DNA from: Azolla caroliniana
Taxonomy: Eukaryota; Plantae; Polypodiophyta
Direction: 5' to 3'
DNA: 14,208 nucleotides
Assembly (NCBI GenBank): GCA_043228905.1
Contig: JBHGNT010000891.1
Location: 1 to 14,208, forward strand
The notes beneath the pieces are model-generated. The model made no database searches. It saw only the letters and a list, made by a program, of their open reading frames with translations, and was not told the DNA's origin. Shown here piece after piece: positions 1 to 7,613 of this stretch. Numbering within the stretch: the first letter of the stretch is position 1; each line of letters begins with the position of its first letter. Position numbers and translations under genes: made by a program.

Positions 1-210
1 AAGACTACGAAGCCGAACCGAATTGGCTGAAGAAGCCGAGGGTGGATCCGCGGAAGATTCCGAAAGCGGATAGAAGGGGAGCAGTCGAAAGAAAGAGCCT
101 AAGCCAACCAAGTGTGGGGGAGACGAAGCCATCAAGGGTGAGAAGACCGAAGACGAGTTGGAGACAGCCAACTCAGACGAGAGCGAAAACCGATCGGAGG
201 AAGCCGAATC
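1..210. repeat. Purine-rich degenerate short-repeat segment (GAAGCC/GCCGAA/ACCGA motifs), probably non-coding retroelement DNA
   Basis: Recurrent gaagccga/gaagacc/accga motifs. The translation (MDPRKIP...) has no recognisable domain until the copia RT motif begins near 211. Confidence 0.35.
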
Positions 211-1110
211 TTTCATTTTCCATGAAAGATCTTGGACCAGCTAAAAAGATCCTAGGGATGCACATAATTCAAGATAGAAGTAAGAAAGTGTTGTGGTTGT
301 CACAAGAGAAATACGTGACTAAGATCCTATAAAGATTCAACTTCTCAGAAGCAAAGCCGATCGGCTCTGTGTTGCTGACTAACTGCAAGTTAAGTGCAAA
401 CCAATGCCCGAGAGGGGAGAAAGAAAAGGCTGAGATGAGGAAAGTACCATATGCATTACTTGTCGGCAGTTTAATGTACACTATGGTCTTTATGAGACCA
501 GAAATAACATTTGTTGTGGGAATAGTAAGCCGATACATGAGTAATCCAGGACGAGAACACTGGGCATCGGTGAAATGGATACTAAGGTACATAAAAGGCA
601 CCTCGAGTGTGTGTCTTGGTGTCGGAAAACCCATGCTTGAAGGGTTTACCGACTTAGACATGTCAGGGGATGTGGACTCAAGCCGATCCACGTTAGGGTA
701 CGTGATGACCTATGCCGGGGGAGCAATGTCGTGGCAGTCACGATTGTAGAAGTCTGTGGCCTTGTCGTACACAAAGGCAGAGTACATGGTAGCAGTAGAG
801 CCCGGTAAGGAGTTGATTTGGATGAGAAACTTTCTCAGCGAGTTGGGGATGAAGCAAAAGGATTTCTTGCTTCATTGGGACAGCTAGAGTACCATACATC
901 TAGCCAAGAATGTTGCATACCACTCCCGGACCAAGCACATATAGAGAAGGTATCACTGGTTGTGGGAGAAAGTCGAAGGAGAGTTTACCCTCATGAAGAT
1001 CCATACCGACGACAATGGATCCGACATGCTGAGAAAGAACCTACCGATGGACCGACTTAGAGTCTGTCGATAAAGGACAAGAATAATGGATTCCTCCCCA
1101 GAGGAGTGAA
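211..1110 (+). pseudogene. pol: Copia pol remnant (RT C-terminus and RNase H), with several stops and frameshifts
   Basis: ORF pieces 42-332 (C-terminal part) and 369-749 carry the motifs above. The RNase H continuation IHLAKNVAYHSRTKHI at ~893-940 is broken by stops. Confidence 0.92.
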
Positions 1111-1117
1111 GGGGGAG
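1108..1117 (+). promoter_or_regulatory. Polypurine tract of element A
   Basis: GAAGGGGGAG, then TT, then TGTTAGG: the typical Tnt1-like PPT/LTR junction. Confidence 0.88.
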
Positions 1118-1119
1118 TT

Positions 1120-1740
1120 TGTTAGGAATATGTCCCTCCAGTGGGAGGAGCCGACTGCTCAGAGAGAGCCGACAATCGAAGACAGGGAGCAACCAACTGA
1201 TTGAATGAGAGCTGACTGTTGAGGAGTCGACTCAGAGAGAGTTGATCGAGGTCGAAGACATGACCGGCTAGTTGGGCCGACCCGACAGTCGATGAATGAG
1301 TCGGCTGATTAGTAAGACTATTAGTATTATTATTGGATAATAATAATGGCCACATTTGTAAATAGCCCATACAGGGTATAAGTATAAATACACTTAGGGA
1401 AAGTAGTAGATAATGAATGTGAGAATAGTGCGTGAGCCTCTGTGTTGTAGCTAACGATAGAGAAGAGTGAGAACGAGAAGAGAGACTGAGCGAGCGACGC
1501 CATAACTGTGTTCTGTAACAACATACGCCAAGAGCCCTGCATGATTGATACACTTAGTGTAGAGAGTGTTGTACTCTAATCTCTTCATTGTATATCCACT
1601 GTATAGTGAAGCTCTGTTCTCCGTGGTTTTCTTCCACTTTAGGGTTTCCATGTAAAATCTGTGTACACTATTTTTCTATGTTTTCGAACTGTGTATTTCA
1701 GTGCATTCCTTCTTGTGGATTGACGATCTGTTTCTCGACA
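1120..1740 (+). repeat. 3' LTR of element A (~621 bp)
   Basis: Starts TGTTAG after the PPT. TATAAATA at 1383-1390. U5-like GTGGTTTT...GGGTTTCCA at ~1623-1650. Ends TTTCTCGACA, where gag-like coding sequence resumes. The right end is inferred because there is no second copy in the window. Confidence 0.78.
1383..1390 (+). promoter_or_regulatory. Putative TATA box in LTR A
   Basis: TATAAATA about 260 bp into the LTR. Confidence 0.55.
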
Positions 1741-2004
1741 GAGGCCCAAATCGGAGTCCCCAGAACCAAGACAAATCGGGGATGAGGTCGAAATCAAGGA
1801 GGAGACCCACGCCTTCTACTATGGGAAGCGGGGACATTTCCAGAAGAATTGCCGACAGTTTCGAAAGCCAAAGGGGGAGCTGACATTTCAGAATCAAAGA
1901 ATATCTCAGAAAGAAAAGGAATGTCAACAATTGTGACAAGTGAAGAGGAACTGTTGCTAATCACTAAGGGGAGTGAGCTGCATCATGTTAGCGACGAAAC
2001 AACA
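1741..2004 (+). pseudogene. gag: gag C-terminus with degenerate CCHC zinc knuckle
   Basis: Basic RGPNRSPQNQDKSGMRSKSRRR, then a frameshifted AFYYGKRGHFQKNC at 1811-1852 (C-x2-C-x4-H-x4-C remnant). Confidence 0.8.
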
Positions 2005-3747
2005 TGAGTTGTCGACTCTAGTGTGTCATTCCAACAAAGCCACGACCGGAAGTGTTTCTCATCTTACAGAGCCGAAGATCACGGTTGTGTCCAGATGGGA
2101 AATGAAGGAGCATGTCGAATTGTTGGCATAGGTGATCTGTGTTTGACTACATTAATCGGGCGGAAATTGTTGTTGAAAGATGTCCGACACATTCCGGAGG
2201 TTCAGTTGAACCTGATATCAATCGGTCAGCTGGATGATGAGGGCTACACTAGTAGCATCCGGAACGGAGTAATGAAGTTTTGCAAAGGGACCCTGATCGT
2301 GGCTCGAGCCTGGAAGATCAACACATTGTACCTGTTGCATGCTCGGATATGCCGGGAAGAAGTGAACATGGTATCCGACACTACTGGTGAGCTATGGCAC
2401 AAGAGGTTGTGCCACATGAGCTTGAAGGGGATGCGGAGACTTGCCGAGGATAACCTCATTCTGAAGGTGAAAGATGTGTAACTTGAGAAGTGCACCGACT
2501 GTTTGGTCGGCAAGCACAACCGAACCTCTTTCCAAACTTGACCACCGACAAGACGGAAAGAACTATTGGATCTTGTACATACAGATGTATGCCAAGTGGA
2601 CATGAAGTCACATGCCGGATCGTAGTACTTTGTGACATTCATAGATGACCACAACTGGAAGCTGTGGGTCTCACCGCTGAAGACGAAGGACCAGGTACTA
2701 TCTGTCCTCGAGGAATTCCACATGAGAGTGGAAAGAGAAACCGACCAGACGCTCAAGGCAGTTCAGGCCGACAACGGTGGAGAGTATCGGGGGCAGTTTG
2801 AGGAATTTTGCCGATCAAAAGGGATCCGGATTGAATTCACCATGCAAAAGTCACCAAAACTAAACGGATTGGCCGAAAGCATGAACCAGTCTATGATGGA
2901 GAGAGTTAGGAGCATGCTGACACATTTTAAGTTTTCCAAGATGTTTAGGGCTGAGGCACTAGTGACAGTGATGAACGTGATAAATAGAGACACACCTTAG
3001 AGAGTATGGACCAGTATTTGGCCGTCTCGCCTACGTTCATGTTGCAAAGGACCAGAGAGCAAAATTGGATGCAAAGTCTCGACCATGCATATTCCTTGGA
3101 TACAATGATGATAAGTTCGGCTATCGAGTGTGGAACTTGGTCGACAAGAAGGTGTTCCGGAGTCGAGACATAGTCTTCATGGAAGAAAAGACCATTACTG
3201 ATTGGGAGTCGTAGAAGAAGATAGTGGACTCTAGGTTGACCGACAAAGATAGGTCGAAAGATACAAGAACCCATCTGGCCGGAAGCCGGATGACACTTGA
3301 AGAACCATCTGGAGTCAGACAAGAAACCGAGCCAACCGAAGAAGAAGAATTGGACATCGGAACTTGACAAGAACCCGAATTGAATTCGGATGAAGAACAA
3401 ATGGAGGAACCGGCGGTCGAAAACCAGGGACAAAGATATCCTCTAAGAGAGAGAAAGACCCCCCCCCCCCCCCCCTTGGGAATTTTTGGATGAAGAGCGA
3501 GTACTACTAATTGACGAGGGGGAGCCAGAAAACTTCAAAGAAGCAAAGAAAGACACCCATAGCCACAAGTGGTTAAGTGTCATGTAGGATGAGATGGATT
3601 CCCTACATGAGAACCACACATATGAATTGACAGAGTTGCCGAAAGCAAAGAGAGTGCTCCAGAACAAGTGGCTGTACAAGTTAAAATCGGGAGGATGCCG
3701 GAAATCCACCAAGATTCAAAGCCCGGATCGTGGTGAAGGGGTTTCAA
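2005..3747 (+). pseudogene. pol: Copia pol remnant: protease, pre-integrase, integrase, RT N-terminus
   Basis: *VVDSSVSF (from WxxDSGASxH), LWHKRLCHMS, CTDCLVGKH, LVHTDVC, YFVTFIDD, ADNGGEY, KLDAKSRPCIFLGY, SRDIVFMEE, EPENFKEA, NKWLYKLK, RFKARIVVKGFQ. Small deletions near 2989-3015. Confidence 0.93.
3459..3475. repeat. C17 homopolymer
   Basis: 17 consecutive C in the integrase-RT linker of element B. Confidence 0.95.
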
Positions 3748-3751
3748 AGAT

Positions 3752-3991
3752 ATGGCTTACAAGAACAATCAAGCGATAAAAACAAAGAAGGAGCTGATGC
3801 GGCAGATATAAGAGCTGCAAGAAAATATGGTTGAACTACAACTCCAACTACAAAACGCCACATCCACGGCCCCCACAGAAGGTTCTTGCACAGAGGACAT
3901 CCACGCATTATGTGAGGAGGTAGAGGTGGAACAAGTGATAACGGCCAAGGCGAAGAAAACAGTTGCGTTGGCAAAAACAGAGCTCAAGCAG
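3752..3991 (+). other. Segment X: unassigned coiled-coil-like reading frame with one stop
   Basis: MAYKNNQAIKTKKELMRQI*ELQENMVELQLQLQNA...AKAKKTVALAKTELKQ. It lies between two copia RT fragments and matches no motif I recognise. Confidence 0.35.
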
Positions 3992-4008
3992 GTGGGTTAC
4001 AAGGTCGG

Positions 4009-4684
4009 ATCGGATACATGTGGGTGTACAAGGTCAAGTACAATGCTGACGGCTCCGCCAACCAATACAAGGCCCGCTTGGTTGCCAAGGGCTACAAGCA
4101 GAAACATGGCATCGATTATGATGAGACCTTCCTGTCGGTCGCGAAGATGACAACTGTCTGTGTATTGCTAGTGGTAGCAGCGGCAAAGGGGTGGCACTTA
4201 CATCAGATGGATGTAAAGAACGCATTCCTACGAGGCGATCTTGAGGAACAAGTGTACATGGTACAACCCTCTGGATTTCTATCCAAAAGAAACACCTCGG
4301 TAGTTTGCCGACTAAAGAAGTTGTTTTATGAACTTAAGCAAGCCCAGTGCGCCTGGAACACAAAGATCACGCATCGACTGCGTAAGATGGGATTTTCTCC
4401 ATCAAAATTAGACTCTTCATTGTTCATTTGAACGAGTCGAACCAGACTGATTAACATTCTACTATATGTCGATGATCTAGTCATCGCCGATGCCAACCTT
4501 GGAGAAATTGGCCGAATCAAGTCTCAGCTTTCGGCAACATTTGAAATGAAGGAGCTTGGGACCTTCATTACCTCCTCGGAATCAAAGTGATCCGAACCCC
4601 CAAAGGCATATTGATCGGCCAACACCATCAGGTGTTGAATATGCTTTTCAAGTTTGAGATGGTGGATTGTAAGTCCGTCTCAAC
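4009..4684 (+). pseudogene. pol: Fragment C: Ty1/copia reverse transcriptase of a non-Tork lineage, related to element D
   Basis: WVYKVKYNADGS..YKARLVAKGY, GIDYDETF, QMDVKNAFLRGDLEEQVYMVQP, LLYVDDLVI, FEMKELG. Ends at CKSVST. Confidence 0.93.
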
Positions 4685-4699
4685 CGAAAAGCACGGGCC

Positions 4700-4747
4700 A
4701 TGATGAACGAAAAGCACGTGCCGATGATGAACGAAAAGCACGTGCCG
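4700..4747 (+). repeat. Perfect 2x24-bp tandem duplication (MMNEKHVP x2)
   Basis: ATGATGAACGAAAAGCACGTGCCG at 4700-4723 and 4724-4747. Confidence 0.97.
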
Positions 4748-7042
4748 AAGTCGTATTGGGCAGAAGCGGCTAACACGGTCGTATACCTCATGAATCGGTG
4801 TACAACATCCAACGTGCATGACCTCATGCTACACGAGAAGTTTTTCAGAAAGAAGCCGGACCTATCGCATGTCCGAATACTCGGCTCCATTGTGTGTGTG
4901 CACATCCCCGACGAAAAGTGACAAAAGCTCGACCCAAAATCGGAGAAATGTATCCTCATCCGATACTCACTGGAGCAAAAGGGGTACAAGTGCTATAACC
5001 CCTTGACTCGAAAAGTTCGCATAAGTCGAGATGTCATTTTTGACGAGTCCGCATCTTGGTATGCACTAGAGACTGCTTTGACTCTGATTCCGCTTGACCC
5101 GGAATCTGCCGAACAAGAGATAGAGGATGAAGATTGCCTTACATGCATGTTCGAAGAAAGTCCAATTCCGACCCGACTGAGCGGACCACAAGAGCCTTTG
5201 AGGGATCAAAGCACATCTCGACCAAGTCCAAAGTTGGACAAAGGGAAGGCCAAAATGCCGGAGTATGAAGACGCTCATTTCGATGGCAATGAATCGACTC
5301 ACTCCCTCAATAGTGAGTTTGAAGGCCTTGACATCAGGACAAATGGAGTGAAGAAAGCCTTAGAATCCGCAAATGAGAAGCTACGCCGATCCACCCGTGA
5401 AAAGAACCCCGTAAGCCGCTTTGGCTATGATGAGTATATGGCATACCATTACGCCTTTATGATGAAGGTCGCAACAGTACGGGAGTCGGAAACCTTTTCC
5501 GAAGCCGCGAAGGACCTGCGATGGATCAAAGCAATGAACGAGGAGATGTGTGCACTATGCAAGAACGGCACATGGGATATCCTTCCCCACACATTGCACA
5601 GGAAGGCGATCAGATGTAGATGGATCTACAAGGTGAAGTATAATGCCGACGGCTCCGTCAACCGCTACAAAGCTTGACTTGTAGCGAAAGGATACGCACA
5701 AACACATGGCGTCGACTACGAAGAGACCTTTGCCCCGGTGGCAAAGATGACGACGGTGGGGACCGTGATCGCACTTGCAGTGGCAAAAGAGTGGCACTTC
5801 CACCAAATGGACATCAAGAACGCCTTTCTTCAAGGTGAATTAGACAAGGAGGTGTAGATGGTACAACCACCCGGCTTCGAATCGCGCATTCATCCAAAAT
5901 TTGTATGCCAACTCAAGAAGCCTCTCTACGGACTCAAGCAAGCACCGCGTGCTTGGCATTCGAAGATTACGCAATATCTTCATCAAATCGGCTTACGAAT
6001 GTCGAAACCCAACAACTCCCTTTACGTACGAAACGACTCTAGAAGCTTAATTGTCATCATCCTATACGTGGATGATCTGGTCATTGGAGGTGAAAGTCTA
6101 GTCGACATCAACAAGGTCAAGTCCCTCCTCTCCGGAAAATTCGAGATGACGGACATGAAGGAGCTCCATTACTTCCTTGGTATCGAAGTAATTCGGATTC
6201 CGGCTGACATTATGATCTCTCAACGGCACTACATTCTCAACTTGTTATACAAGTTCCGGATGACTGAGTGCAAATCGGTCGCAACGCCTCTCGATCGAAA
6301 CCTCAAACTAGATGCTGACTCCGGCACAAACGAGTGTGAGCCGACCCAATATCATCAACTGATCAGGAGCCTCATCTATCTCACAATCACTCGACCCGAC
6401 CTTAGCTATCCAGTCGGACTCCTTAGCCAATTCATGCAAAAACCATGCGCCATTCACTTGGATTGCGCTAAGCGAGTATTACGATACGTGAGCGACACAA
6501 TGGATTACGGCGTTCTCTACGCATTGGCCACACCAATATGACTCGAAGGGTACACAAACATGGATTGGGTAGGCTACAAAGCTGATCGATGATCGACCTC
6601 CGGATTTGTCTTCTCGCTTGGTAGTGGAGCAATATCTTGGAGTAGTAAGAAGCAGGCTACCATCGCACTTTCGAGTACGGAGGCTGAATACAAGGGTGCA
6701 TCTGTAGCTGCATGTGAAGCCGTATGGCTCAAGAAGATTTTGAAGGATCTGGGCGTCCCCATCAAGGATTCGACTCCCATTTACTGCTACAATATGAGCA
6801 GTATATATCTGGCTCGGAACCCGGTGTTCCACGCGTGCACAAAGCACATCGAAGTGCACTATCACTTCATTCGAGAGCGTGTACAGGCCGGAGATGTTGA
6901 CCTTCAACACATCAACACGAATCTTCAGAAGGCCGACATCTTCACCAAAGCCTTAGGAGCTGACAAGCTTCAACAATTCATGTCAGACCTTGGATTGACG
7001 ATCCCTGACTTGCCAAGCTTGAGGGGGAGTACAAGCGAGAAT

Positions 7043-7120
7043 CGGATACCGTCCGAACCGGGTACGAGCCGAAGCGGACACCGGAGATCGTCTGAACCGG
7101 ATACCAACCGAAGCGGACAT
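7043..7120 (+). repeat. Degenerate 2x39-bp tandem repeat between the two PPT-like motifs
   Basis: CGGATACCGTCCGAACCGGGTACGAGCCGAAGCGGACAC versus CGGAGATCGTCTGAACCGGATACCAACCGAAGCGGACAT. Confidence 0.85.
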
Positions 7121-7146
7121 CAATCGAAAGGAGCCAACCCGAGTTG

Positions 7147-7160
7147 AGCTTGAGGGGGCG
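7147..7160 (+). promoter_or_regulatory. Polypurine tract region of D1
   Basis: AGCTTGAGGGGGCG immediately before TGTTGAG. Confidence 0.88.
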
Positions 7161-7613
7161 TGTTGAGAATCAAGCTCAACATAGTGCAACATGTGAACAC
7201 ACTTTTTAGAATCCATGATTACTCAAAGGTCAAGAGTCACACCACTACTCTCTAGACATTAACTATGTGTCACGGAATCATATTCTATGACACATAACTA
7301 ATGAGTTACATATTCCCCATGACTATGAGTCTTCACATTCCTCAAGAGAGAGAGTAGTGGTTGTAGTTAGTTAATGAAGAGAGAGGGTGACTATATATAA
7401 AGCACCCTCCTCACACTTCATACCAAGTCGGTTGTGACTCCTTATTATGCTACATTTTGTAATTCTTATTCTACTTGTGAAATATACGCCTTCTTCTTGA
7501 GTATTCCTTTTTCTACCTATCTTGTGTTCTCTCATCTCTCCTCTAATTCCTCTCACACATACACATAACACACATCTCTTCTGCTACACAAGAATCATAC
7601 CGGATTCTTTACA
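7161..7613 (+). repeat. 3' LTR of D1 (453 bp, TG...CA)
   Basis: TGTTGAGAAT...GATTCTTTACA. Homology to 13734-14198 stops exactly at this CA. TATATATAAA at 7392-7401. Confidence 0.93.

Larger units (their letters stand above)
211..1740 (+). mobile_element. Element A: 5'-truncated Ty1/copia (Tnt1/Tork-like), RT C-terminus + RNase H + PPT + 3' LTR
   Basis: Motifs FSMKDLGPAKKILGM, LWLSQEKY, VPYALLVGSLMY, HWASVKWILRY, STLGYVMTYAGGAMSWQSRL, followed by a PPT and a TG-initiated LTR. Confidence 0.93.
1741..3747 (+). mobile_element. Element B: internal fragment of a Tnt1/Tork-like Ty1/copia (gag C-terminus, protease, integrase, RT N-terminus)
   Basis: Copia domain order: zinc knuckle, protease, HHCC/integrase core, then RT start. 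Confidence 0.93.
4691..7147 (+). pseudogene. pol: Copia pol remnant of D1
   Basis: ARAMMNEK, YWAEAANTVVYLMNR, KLDPKSEKC, KGYKCYNP, ISRDVIFDES, RWIYKVKYNADGS, LKKPLYGLKQAPRAW, LYVDDLVI, YFLGIEV, YLTITRPDLSY, ISWSSKKQ, KHIEVHYHFIRE, ADIFTKAL. Multiple stops. Confidence 0.95.
4685..7613 (+). mobile_element. Element D1: 5'-truncated Ty1/copia (integrase C-terminus, RT, RNase H, PPT, 3' LTR)
   Basis: Continuous copia pol motifs, then PPT and an LTR whose ends are defined by the second copy at 13734-14198. Confidence 0.95.

Noticed and set aside
42-332. 96-aa ORF as a real gene
   Set aside because: It is a chance read-through from repetitive DNA into a copia RT fragment.
1326-1347. ATTATTATT/AATAATAAT hairpin
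   Set aside because: Low-complexity trinucleotide sequence, with no second copy to test conservation.
1122-1785. ORFs within LTR A as an env-like or accessory gene
   Set aside because: They are low-complexity translations of LTR sequence located after the PPT.
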